NCBI GenBank assembly: GCA_013416795.1
Contig: RQSC01000019.1
Location: forward strand, 126,701 to 190,700
DNA length: 64,000 bases
Direction of reading: 5' to 3'
Source: Prasinococcaceae sp. CCMP 1430
Lineage: Eukaryota > Plantae > Prasinodermophyta
Shown here one piece after another: positions 1-9,158 of the stretch (position 1 is its first letter; every line of letters starts with the position of its first letter). The translations under genes were made by a program, and so were the position numbers. The notes under the pieces are model-generated. The model was not told the DNA's origin and searched no databases. It was given only the letters and a program-made list of their open reading frames with translations.

Positions 1-2482
1 AGTCCGTCGGCGTCGCGAGTTCCTGCAAGGCCTGCTCGACCTCAATGCGCAGGGCCGCCCGCTCCTCATCGAAGCGTATGCCAGCTGCTCCGCCGCCAGT
101 AGCGCCGATCGCACTACTGCCACCGCCTGAGCCGTCGCCGGTCCCGCCGCGTGCTCCGCTGCCCGCACTCTGATTCTCCTCTTGCGATGCGTTGAGTTGG
201 GCCCTCGCAAGGAAAGTGTCCGCGGCAGACGCAATGCGCGCCAGATGGACGGCATAGGTTGCGCGCACGCCGGCCTCCGGGTCGGCGGGCAGCAGGCTCA
301 AAGCAGGCAGCACATACTCGGGAAATGCCTTCGCTTCCGACGGCGGAAAGGCTCGCACTAGCATCGCAACGTCCGCGAGCACCTCCACGGCCTTCGACCG
401 CACCGCTGACGACGGATCGGGCACTAGTGACAGCACGTACGGCATGATGCGCTGCAAACGCGTGTCGTCATCCAGGGCGGGTGACAGCCGTGCAAGCATC
501 TGCAGGGCGGCTCTGCGGCAACTGGCACGCGCAGCACCCCGCGCGGCAGAGCAGAGCGCCGCTGCAAGGATGGCAGCGCCAATGCAAGGGTTGGTCGCGA
601 CGCCGCGCGAGCCGTCGTCACCCTGTGCGGCAACCTGGGCAACTGTCGCCTGCGGAGCCCCTGACGCGACCGCCGTCGCCATGTCGCCCGATCTGCTGCC
701 ACCGACAGCCATCACACGACGGCGTCGACGAACCCACCGTCGCCTTCGGCTCGTTGCCACCGGCGACTCCGTTTCTCGCCAACGACGCTCGCGAGCGGCG
801 TTGGCCGCATCCTCCGCGAGTGCCGCGTCAGTCTGACCAACCCCGACGAACGCCGGTGTGTGACCCGCGTGTGCCTCAGAGCAGGTGCCCGACGATGCCT
901 CTTCCTGTATCATGTACTGCCACTTCTCCGCCGTCCATCCATCGTCCAGCCATCGCCATCCGCCACCCGACGGCAGCTGCCGCATCTGGCGCCGCCACGA
1001 GGCGGGAGCCTGCGCTGGCGCGGCGATCATGCATGGCGCGTCATGTCCCGCTCCATCGGATGCGCCCACATCCGCTCCCACGGGATCAACTTCAACCCAC
1101 GCGCGCGTGTCATCGCTGCGGCTCTGATACTCCCAGACTTCCTCCTTTTCCACACAGCCTGCGGTGCCTATCGACGCGCACAACGACGCCGAGAGTGACT
1201 GACCGCCCTGCACGCCACCAGCACCATCGAGCGCCGCGGGGTCCGCCCACGCATCCATGCCATCAGCGTCAGCGCTATCAGTGCCAGCGTCGTGCGCGTC
1301 ATGGCCGCGACCATCGGCTCCATCGGGCAACAGGCGCGAGATGTCGAGCCGCGCGACGTCGCTGATGAGGTCACTGCCGGCATCGCTGGCTTCAAAGTTT
1401 CCTTGCGACCCCCCACCGATGCGCGCATTCAGAGCCGCGCTCTCGGCCGCGAAGGCGCGCTCGAGTTCAGGCAGTGCTTGCTGCACCATCTCAACGCGCC
1501 TGTTGCAATCGCACAGAAGCATGTCGCCCATAAAGCCGTGCAGCCTCTCCTTGAAGAATCTGGGGAAGCACTTCGGCGCCCAGATCGCCACGTACTCCTG
1601 CGCGCTCAGCCTCCGCGCTGGGTCGCGCTGCGTCATGTGGAGCACCATCCGGGCGACTTCGGGGTAGTGTGCGGACACGCCCTGTAGGGCCTCCTCGCGC
1701 CTGTCCTCTGCCCCGGTGCGGTAGCGCAGCAGCGCGCCGAGGTCGAAGAGCGCCGTGCCCTCCGTGTACAGCTCGGCGATGCAGCACCCCAGCGAGAAGA
1801 CGTCCGAGCTGAACTGCAGGGGCACGTCAAAGTCCGCAGCGCTGGACCCGTCTGTGAAACGCTCGGGTGCAAGGTAGCACCGCCTGCGCCCGCCGGCGTC
1901 GAAGAAAAACGAGAAGTCCGCAGGGTTGTCCGCGGGCAGCATCGCAGGCTTGAACGGCGCGAAGTCGCTCAGGAAGACCCAGTGCCAGCTCGTGACGAGC
2001 GCGTTCTCCAGCTTGACGTCGCCGTGCGCCACACCACGGCCGTGTGCCTCAGCGAGCGCGCACATCATCTGGAAGGCGATCCAGGCGCGCTCGGCGGCGC
2101 TCAGGAACGGCCGCGTGCTCAGCCGGTCGCGCACAGAGCAGAAGCCGTACGGCCGCACGAGGTACACCGCGCGGTCGGTCTGCACAATCTCCTGATACGG
2201 CCAGCAGTGGATCGTGCTGCCCGCACCGGGGGAGCCCTCGAGCTTCTCTTTGACCCTCCTGAGTCTCTCGACGAACCTCCCGATGCCTTTGGCATCGTTC
2301 TGCCGCCGGGCGTACACCTTAGCGACCGCCGCGCCGGCGTTGCCAACGCACTGCAGCGTCTTCAGGAAGCGCCCGCCGCCGAGGGCCTCCTTGCACGTGT
2401 ACCGCGCGCCCAGCTCGGCCGCCAGCAACGATTCCGCCGTGCCGCGCTCGAGCGGCGCCTGCAGCGCCAGCTGGTTTCCCAT
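1..2482 (-). CDS. VPS15: VPS15/PIK3R4 serine/threonine kinase-like regulatory subunit of PI3K class III (5' part; runs off the left edge)
   Basis: Manual translation from the ATG at 2482 gives MGNQLALQ (N-myristoylation-type start), then GGGRFLKT, VRPYGF-SVRDRLSTRPFL, AHGDVKLENALVTSWHWVFLSDFAPFKPAMLPADNPADFSFFFD, CYLAPERF and DVFSLGCCIAEL. This frame still reads as coding at position 2. Not in the ORF track, probably because it lacks a stop inside the window. Confidence 0.95.
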   Translation of the reverse strand, partial: MGNQLALQAPLERGTAESLLAAELGARYTCKEALGGGRFLKTLQCVGNAGAAVAKVYARRQNDAKGIGRFVERLRRVKEKLEGSPGAGSTIHCWPYQEIVQTDRAVYLVRPYGFCSVRDRLSTRPFLSAAERAWIAFQMMCALAEAHGRGVAHGDVKLENALVTSWHWVFLSDFAPFKPAMLPADNPADFSFFFDAGGRRRCYLAPERFTDGSSAADFDVPLQFSSDVFSLGCCIAELYTEGTALFDLGALLRYRTGAEDRREEALQGVSAHYPEVARMVLHMTQRDPARRLSAQEYVAIWAPKCFPRFFKERLHGFMGDMLLCDCNRRVEMVQQALPELERAFAAESAALNARIGGGSQGNFEASDAGSDLISDVARLDISRLLPDGADGRGHDAHDAGTDSADADGMDAWADPAALDGAGGVQGGQSLSASLCASIGTAGCVEKEEVWEYQSRSDDTRAWVEVDPVGADVGASDGAGHDAPCMIAAPAQAPASWRRQMRQLPSGGGWRWLDDGWTAEKWQYMIQEEASSGTCSEAHAGHTPAFVGVGQTDAALAEDAANAARERRWRETESPVATSRRRRWVRRRRRVMAVGGSRSGDMATAVASGAPQATVAQVAAQGDDGSRGVATNPCIGAAILAAALCSAARGAARASCRRAALQMLARLSPALDDDTRLQRIMPYVLSLVPDPSSAVRSKAVEVLADVAMLVRAFPPSEAKAFPEYVLPALSLLPADPEAGVRATYAVHLARIASAADTFLARAQLNASQEENQSAGSGARGGTGDGSGGGSSAIGATGGGAAGIRFDEERAALRIEVEQALQELATPTD

Positions 2483-2521
2483 GGCGACCGTCGTCAATCA
2501 CCCCCCACCCGCCCGACACTG

Positions 2522-4954
2522 TCAGTGCACCAGGGAGTGGATCGCGTTGTTGAGCTGCGTCGTCTTCGTGTGCAGGCTCTGGTGGATCCACCGCTTGAAC
2601 TCGGCGCCGGCTCGCCCGTCGTCGTCCGTGAGGAGGAGCGCGTCGACGAGGTACCTGATGTCGTCGGTGCTCGCGAGCTCGGGGATGCCGCTGGAGAGCA
2701 TGAGCTCGAACAGCGTGGTGAAGGTGTCGGCGTGGCGGCGCAGGATGTTGAAGGCCCTCGCGCACAGATCCTCGAACAGCGCGAAGCGGGGGTCCTCGAT
2801 GCCGCCCATGACGAAGGCGAAGTCGGGGGTGAAGACGAACTTGGCGCGCTCGCGCTTGAAGCCGAACTTGCTCTTGAAGTGCCCCAGGAAGTGGCCGAAG
2901 TCGACGTGGAACAGGTTGCCCGTCCGCTGCACCAAGATGTTGTCGTTGTGCCTGTCGCCGATGCCCAGCACGCACGTGGCCACGCAGTAGCCCGCGCACG
3001 AGCGGACGAAGTTGTCCACCGCGCGGTCGTAGGACTCGTCGTCTGGGTTGTTCCTGCGCAACCACTTGGCGAGCGGGTCCGCCATGAAGCACTGGAAGCT
3101 GCCTCCCGCATCCTTGGAGATCTCCGACGTGGTGTGCGCGTTTGGCACCACCTCGAGCATGCCGACCTCGCTCCCGACGGCCACCGTCCGATAGGCGTTC
3201 ATGCACAGGTCGAGGCCGTCCTGCCGCCAGAGCGTGTCCATGACGCGCAGCGTCTGGAGCGTGAGCAGGTCCTGACGCGGGTCGTCGCCCGCCTTGTAGA
3301 TGACGCTGATGTCGTCGCCCAAGGGGTCGGCGTTCTCGAACACCAGCCACAGCGGCAGCTTCTTCGAGTCCATGCACTTGCACTCGGCGACCCTCAGTCC
3401 CTTCACGCGCAGCTTGGGGTGGAGGGGCAGGCGGCACTCCGGCGGGACGGTCACCTCGGCCAAGAGCTTGCGCAGCAGCGCCGGGCGCGCCTTGTCGGGC
3501 GCCGCCTTGATGGCGAGCGCCGCGCGCGTGAGCTGCGAGACGAGCTCGTTCTGCTTGAGAAGCTCGTGGCGGTACTCGCCGCTGCACTTTTGGTATGTTT
3601 GCAGCATCGCCCTCAAGTTGTCGCGCGGGCGAATGCTCGGCATGCGGGCCTGCGCCTTGAGGTGCCAGTAGAAGTAGTGGCCAATGAGCGGGCTGCGCAC
3701 CGCGCGGTCCATGAGGAAGTCCGCAACGGGGCTCGAGTGGTACGACTCGTGCTTGGCGACCTGCGTGAGCTGCAGCAGGATCGACTCCAGCGCCGCGTCG
3801 TCGAGGCAGCGGAGGCACCCTACGGCAAACGCGCGCACAGCGGCGTCCGTGGGTCTCAAAGCCAGCAGCTGCAGCGCCACCTGCGCCGACACGCGCGGCC
3901 ACATCGCCAGCTGCCTGTGCGCCGCCGCCACGTGCTTCTGGCTGTCCCAGTTCACGCTCCGCAGCAGCTTGGCCAGCGACCGCTCCGGACGGTGCGCGCG
4001 CAGCCAGTCGCGGTGCCGAAAGAACAGCTCCTGTTGGGCGTGGGTGAGCTCGTCCGGGCTTGACATGTTGATGCTCTCATCAAGCGACATCCTCTCGTCC
4101 TCGGCTGGGTGCGGCGGCGGCGGCGTGCCGCCCCCGTCGGCGCCGTCCTCCGCAACCGCCGCCTCGGCTGGTGTCATGCCCCCAATGCGCCCTGCTGCCC
4201 CGCTCCCCTCTGCGCCGTTCGCACCGCCCTCCTCCGGCCCTGCGCGCTTGACCAGCGCCGGCGGCGCGAGCACCAGGGCGAGCTTCGCCACCGCGCCCTG
4301 CTTGCGGCAGCGCGCGACGTGCAGGAACTCACCCATCCGCGCGGCCGGCTCGGCAAGTGTGTCGAGGTACTGGTCGTACCCAACGAGCTTGATGGCGAAT
4401 TTCGCAGGGTCGGCGGTGGCGGCGCCGTCGCCTCCTCCGCCTCTGTGGGCGACGCCGTACGCCGTGACGAGCCTGTCGCGCACGGCCGTGGCAGCTTCCG
4501 AGACGTCGAAGGCGATCTCAACCTGGACCAGGCCCGGGCAGATGCAGTGGCACCGGAGCTCCGTCGAGGGAGCTCCGTCGACAGGAGTCTGGATGCGCTC
4601 TGCCATGAATATGATCGGCGATGGCGCGATGGCCCTGCACATGTGTGACCAGCGGCGCCTCGCCACTGCGGAGGCGGACCGCCGACGCGTGGCCATCGGC
4701 GCCGACGGCGCCGACCGCGCGCGCATCGATTTTCTGATCGAGGTCGATGCTGAACAACCGGCCGTCGCTCGACAGGAAGCGCGTGCGCGGGAAAGCGCGT
4801 GCGGCTTCGGAAGGAGCGGCGCCATTATATGCCCGATACATGGCGGCTCCAGCGTGTGGCGCTTCACGTCCGCCGATGGCGATGCGTTCGATATTTGATG
4901 GGATTCGAAGTGCCCTCGCCTCAGCCAGCGTAGCTGCATAGGCGATATTGCCAT
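2522..4954 (-). CDS. Phosphatidylinositol 3-kinase catalytic subunit, class I-like (Ras-binding-like domain, helical/PIK domain, kinase domain)
   Basis: ORF 2522..4993; first ATG at 4954. Motifs: CKCMDSKKLPLWLVFEN, YKAGDDPRQD, ATCVLGIGDRHNDNI, FHVDFGHFLGHFKSKFGFKRERAKFVFT, MLSSGIPEL. Helical-domain motifs: ELT-QQELFF-HR, LAKLLRSVNW, LLQLTQVAKHE. The true start is uncertain. Confidence 0.92.
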   Translation of the reverse strand: MAISPMQLRWLRRGHFESHQISNASPSADVKRHTLEPPCIGHIMAPLLPKPHALSRARASCRATAGCSASTSIRKSMRARSAPSAPMATRRRSASAVARRRWSHMCRAIAPSPIIFMAERIQTPVDGAPSTELRCHCICPGLVQVEIAFDVSEAATAVRDRLVTAYGVAHRGGGGDGAATADPAKFAIKLVGYDQYLDTLAEPAARMGEFLHVARCRKQGAVAKLALVLAPPALVKRAGPEEGGANGAEGSGAAGRIGGMTPAEAAVAEDGADGGGTPPPPHPAEDERMSLDESINMSSPDELTHAQQELFFRHRDWLRAHRPERSLAKLLRSVNWDSQKHVAAAHRQLAMWPRVSAQVALQLLALRPTDAAVRAFAVGCLRCLDDAALESILLQLTQVAKHESYHSSPVADFLMDRAVRSPLIGHYFYWHLKAQARMPSIRPRDNLRAMLQTYQKCSGEYRHELLKQNELVSQLTRAALAIKAAPDKARPALLRKLLAEVTVPPECRLPLHPKLRVKGLRVAECKCMDSKKLPLWLVFENADPLGDDISVIYKAGDDPRQDLLTLQTLRVMDTLWRQDGLDLCMNAYRTVAVGSEVGMLEVVPNAHTTSEISKDAGGSFQCFMADPLAKWLRRNNPDDESYDRAVDNFVRSCAGYCVATCVLGIGDRHNDNILVQRTGNLFHVDFGHFLGHFKSKFGFKRERAKFVFTPDFAFVMGGIEDPRFALFEDLCARAFNILRRHADTFTTLFELMLSSGIPELASTDDIRYLVDALLLTDDDGRAGAEFKRWIHQSLHTKTTQLNNAIHSLVH

Positions 4955-6290
4955 CGCGCTGCGTCGGGCCAGCCGCAGCGGCAACCACGTCACCCGACAC
5001 CAGTCCGCCGGCCGCCAAGCCGCTGCCTTGGCCCGGGGCGCGGGCGCCGGGCAGGGTTAGAGCTGGCCGCAGCCGCGCCCGCCGTGTGCCGCCGTGCCGC
5101 GGCCCGCAGGCAATGCGGGCCGGTTGAGCCTGCGTTTACGCGCGGGAGCGACGAACCTGCGCGTTGCCCGCCCCAACGACGACCAGGACCCCCCCACCAC
5201 CACCACCACCCTTCCCTCCCCCTCCACCTCTCTCTTCCCGCAGGGCCGCGCCCCGCCTCGGCGCGCGCCGCGTGCCCCTTCGGCGCCGCGCGCGCGCGCG
5301 CGCGGTGCCAGTTCGGCGTTCGCCCGTTCGCTTCTCAAACCCTAAATAAATGTGCTCACACCTGGTGACGCGACTTCACGCCTTGGAAATTTCAAATGTC
5401 AAACTCCGCAAATTCCACCATGCGGCCTCGGCACGACATACAGTACGATTCGACGACGCCGCGATTTCGCGATTCAAAGTCACGCATATGTCTCCCGTGG
5501 GTACTTTATATACATAAAAATATAGTTGTGTGTGCGCACGCGTCGCCGTATGCGCACGCGTCCCGCAGCAGTGGATCGCGCCAGCGCGGGGCGCATGCGG
5601 TTTGATGTCCGGGGTGTTTGCGCATGCGGTTTGATGGGCGGGACGCTGTGGCGCGCTGCGGCGCGCCACAGCGCGCGCGCGGTGCGGTGCGGTGCGGTGC
5701 GGCGACGACCCCCTCCCCCCCCCCCATCCTCGTCGCCGGGCCCGGCCGACGCATGCTCGCGCGCGCCGCGTCGTTGATGGCATGCGCCGCGCGCGCGGGC
5801 CCGGCCCCCCGCGCCGCGGCCCGGTGACCTGGGCCGGATCGAGCGCGTCCGCGGCGCACGCTGGCTCTCCTGGGACGCTCCGCCACGCGTAGCGCTCACC
5901 GTCTGGCTCCGGCCCGGCCCCTCCCCCTCCCGCAACACCCTGCCCCCCGGGCCTCCACGAGCAGCCCCCGCCGATCCCCCGCTTCGACCGCGCGCAAAAA
6001 AACATTTCCGCCCATTTTCATCCCCGCCGCGCCAAAAAAAGTTTTTTTTTTAAAAAAAAAGCGCGTCAGCCGGGACACTCATCGAAAAGGGCGGGCGCCG
6101 GCGCGGGAGCGCGCGGCAGAGAGGGAGGGAGGGGAGAGCGCCCCCGCGTGCCCCGAACGGCCCCATTTGTGGGGGGTCGGGGCCGCGGCGCGTCCCATCT
6201 CGATCCCGGCGCCCAGATCCGCGCGGATCCGCCCAGATCCGCGCCGCATCCGCGCGGCCGCAGGGGCGCACCGCTCTCTGAGCCTATCGG

Positions 6291-9104
6291 ATGTCGCTCC
6301 GCGCGCTGACCTGCGCTCGCCCACTCACCTCCCCACCACCACCGCCACCGCGCGCAATCCATCCGCCGGCGACGCATCGCGCAGCGACGGCTGCCGCGCC
6401 CGCCGACACCATTCCTGCCACCAAGGAGATCTTCCGCGCGGACTACACGCCGTACCCGTACGAGCTCTCGTCCATCCTCCTCGACTTCGACCTGCGCGAG
6501 GACAAGGGCACGCGCGTGCGCTCGACGATCAAGCTGGCAGCAAAGGCGGCCGCCGAGCCGCTCGTCCTCGACGGCGACGCCTTCGTGACGCTCAAGGGCG
6601 TCGCGATCGACGGCGCGGCGCTCGATGAGTCGGCGTACGAGCTGAGCGCTGACGGCTCGACGCTCACGATCACCTCGCCGCCCTCGGAGCCGTTCGAGCT
6701 GACGGTCGACACGGCGATCGCGCCCGAGGACAACTCGCAGCTCGACGGCCTGTACAAGAGCAGCGGCAACTTCTGCACGCAGTGCGAGGCCCAGGGCTTC
6801 CGCCGCATCACCTTCTTCCCCGACCGCCCCGACGTCATGACCACCTACGTCACGCGCATCGAGGCCGACAAGGCGAAGTACCCCGTGCTGCTGGGCAACG
6901 GCGACCTGATGGAGTCGGGCGACTGCGCGGACGCCCCCGACCGCCACTTCGCCGTGTGGAACGACCCCTGGAAGAAGCCCGCGTACCTCTTCGCCCTCGT
7001 CGCGGGCGACCTCGCGTCCATCGAGGACTCCTTCACCACCAAGAGCGGCAAGGAGGTCACGCTGCGCGTCTACACCGAGGCGCACAACATCCACAAGTGC
7101 GACTACGCCATGGCGTCGCTCAAGGCGTCCATGAAGTGGGACGAGGACGTGTACGGCCTCGAGTACGACCTCGGCCTCTTCAACATCGTCGCTGTGGACG
7201 ACTTCAACATGGGCGCCATGGAGAACAAGTCGCTCAACATCTTCAACTCGCGGCTGGTGCTCGCCACGCCCGAGACGGCCACCGACGCCGACTACGAGCG
7301 CATCGAGGGCGTGGTGGGCCACGAGTACTTCCACAACTGGTCGGGCAACCGTGTGACCCTGCGCGACTGGTTCCAGCTCTCGCTCAAGGAGGGCCTGACC
7401 GTCTTCAGGGATCAGAGCTTCACGGCCGACATGAACGACGCCGCCGTCAAGCGCATCGCCGACGTGGTGCGCCTGCGCGCGAGCCAGTTCCCCGAGGACG
7501 CCTCGCCCATGGCGCACCCCGTGCGCCCCGACTCGTACGTCAAGATGGACAACTTCTACACGGTGACCGTGTACGAGAAGGGCGCCGAGGTCGTGCGCAT
7601 GTACCATACGCTGCTTGGCGCCGAGGGCTTCCGCAAGGGCACCGACCTGTACTTCTCGCGCAACGACGGCTGCGCCGTGACCTGCGACGACTTCCGCGCG
7701 GCCATGGCCGAGGCCACCGGCGCGGACCTCGAGCAGTTCGGCCTGTGGTACTCGCAGTCGGGCACGCCCAACGTGACGGCCTCGGGCGCCTACGACGCCG
7801 AGGCGCGCACCTACACGCTCACGCTCAAGCAGAGCATGCCGGCCACGCCCAAGCAGCCGGCCGAGAGCAAGCAGCCGATGCTCATGCCGTTCAAGGTGGG
7901 GCTCGTGGGCCGCTCCAGCAAGGCCGATCTGCCGCTGTCGGCGTTTGAGGGCGCCACCGAGGGCGTCCTGCGCCTGAGCGAGGCCGAGCAGACCTTCGTC
8001 TTCGAGGACGTCGCGGAGGAGCCCGTGCTGTCGCTCAACCGCGGCTTCTCGGCGCCGGTGAATCTCGAGACGGGCCTCTCCGACGCCGACCTGCTCTTCC
8101 TGGCGGCCAACGACTCGGACTCGTTCAACCGCTGGGAGGCGCTGCAGACGGTGGGTCGCCGCGTGCTGCTGGGCGCCTACGAGCGCCGCATGGCGGACGG
8201 TGCTGCGGCGGGCGCGATGGACGCGCTCACCGAGGCCGAGCTGAGCGCGCTGGTGGAGGCCATGCGCGCGGTGCTCGCCGACGCGGAGGGTGCCCTCGAC
8301 GATGCCTTCGCCGCGCTGGCGGTCAAGCTGCCCACCAGCCAGGAGCTCGCCCAGGCCATCGAATGCGTCGACCCGCTGGTGCTGCACGAGTGCCGCTCGG
8401 CCGCCGGCAACTTCATCGCCTCGCAGCTGCGCTCCGAGTTCGAGGGCATCGTGGCCAGCCGCGCGCCGCCCGCCGGCGAGGCGTACTCGCCCGATCACGC
8501 GTCCAAGGCCAAGCGCGCGCTGCGCTCCACCGCCGTGCAGTACCTGGCCAAGCTGGCCGAGGACGACGCCTCCATGGACGCGCTGGTCTCCGGCGCCTAC
8601 GACGGCGCCAGCAACATGACCGAGCAGCTCTCGGCGCTCGCCGCGGCTGCCGCCGCTGGCACGCCGTGCTCGCAGTCGCTGCTGGACAAGTTCTTCGCGC
8701 AGTGGAAGGACGACAAGCTCGTGATGCTCAAGTGGCTGCAGCTGTACACCGGCAGCGACGCCGAGGGCAACCTGGCCAACGTGCAGCGGCTGGTGGCCGA
8801 GGGGCCCGTGTACGACATCAACAACCCCAACTCCAACTACGCGCTGCTCGGCGGCTTCGCCAGCTCGGCGGTCAACTTCCACGCGGCCGACGGCTCGGGC
8901 TACAAGTTCCACGGCGAGATGATCCAGCGGCTCGACGGGATCAACGCGCAGGTGGCGGCGCGCATGGTGGGCCCCTTCATCAAGTTCCGCAAGTACGACG
9001 AGGCGCGCCAGGCCATGATGCGCGCGCAGCTCGAGATGCTGCGCGACACGCCGGGGCTGTCGGCCAACACGCTCGAGCTCGTCACCAAGAGCCTCGACGG
9101 CTGA
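6291..9104 (+). CDS. pepN: Aminopeptidase N (M1 family, PepN type), probably organelle-targeted
   Basis: GAMENK exopeptidase motif, HEYFHNWSGNRVT...LKEG zinc motif, YEKGAEVVRM; Ala/Pro/Arg-rich N-terminal extension; single ORF of 937 aa. Confidence 0.96.
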   Translation: MSLRALTCARPLTSPPPPPPRAIHPPATHRAATAAAPADTIPATKEIFRADYTPYPYELSSILLDFDLREDKGTRVRSTIKLAAKAAAEPLVLDGDAFVTLKGVAIDGAALDESAYELSADGSTLTITSPPSEPFELTVDTAIAPEDNSQLDGLYKSSGNFCTQCEAQGFRRITFFPDRPDVMTTYVTRIEADKAKYPVLLGNGDLMESGDCADAPDRHFAVWNDPWKKPAYLFALVAGDLASIEDSFTTKSGKEVTLRVYTEAHNIHKCDYAMASLKASMKWDEDVYGLEYDLGLFNIVAVDDFNMGAMENKSLNIFNSRLVLATPETATDADYERIEGVVGHEYFHNWSGNRVTLRDWFQLSLKEGLTVFRDQSFTADMNDAAVKRIADVVRLRASQFPEDASPMAHPVRPDSYVKMDNFYTVTVYEKGAEVVRMYHTLLGAEGFRKGTDLYFSRNDGCAVTCDDFRAAMAEATGADLEQFGLWYSQSGTPNVTASGAYDAEARTYTLTLKQSMPATPKQPAESKQPMLMPFKVGLVGRSSKADLPLSAFEGATEGVLRLSEAEQTFVFEDVAEEPVLSLNRGFSAPVNLETGLSDADLLFLAANDSDSFNRWEALQTVGRRVLLGAYERRMADGAAAGAMDALTEAELSALVEAMRAVLADAEGALDDAFAALAVKLPTSQELAQAIECVDPLVLHECRSAAGNFIASQLRSEFEGIVASRAPPAGEAYSPDHASKAKRALRSTAVQYLAKLAEDDASMDALVSGAYDGASNMTEQLSALAAAAAAGTPCSQSLLDKFFAQWKDDKLVMLKWLQLYTGSDAEGNLANVQRLVAEGPVYDINNPNSNYALLGGFASSAVNFHAADGSGYKFHGEMIQRLDGINAQVAARMVGPFIKFRKYDEARQAMMRAQLEMLRDTPGLSANTLELVTKSLDG

Positions 9105-9158
9105 GAACGATAAATATTTAGGGTTTACCGTACTTTGGTCGTGGTGTGGAGGGTTTAG

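Noticed and set aside
2483-2521. Stop-codon readthrough fusing PI3K to VPS15
   Set aside because: The spacer is in frame but contains a second TGA, and fusion would bury the MGNQ myristoylation start of VPS15.
1982-4063. Long plus-strand ORF (693 aa) and similar long ORFs at 6066-9641(-), 20520-22367(-), 36378-38003(-), 59790-63215(+)
   Set aside because: Antisense shadows of real high-GC3 genes; no motifs and typical V/L/R/G-rich shadow composition.
6033-6060. A7-G-T10-A9 tract as a terminator hairpin
   Set aside because: Eukaryotic intergenic homopolymer tracts between divergent genes; more plausibly nucleosome-disfavouring promoter DNA than a discrete structure.
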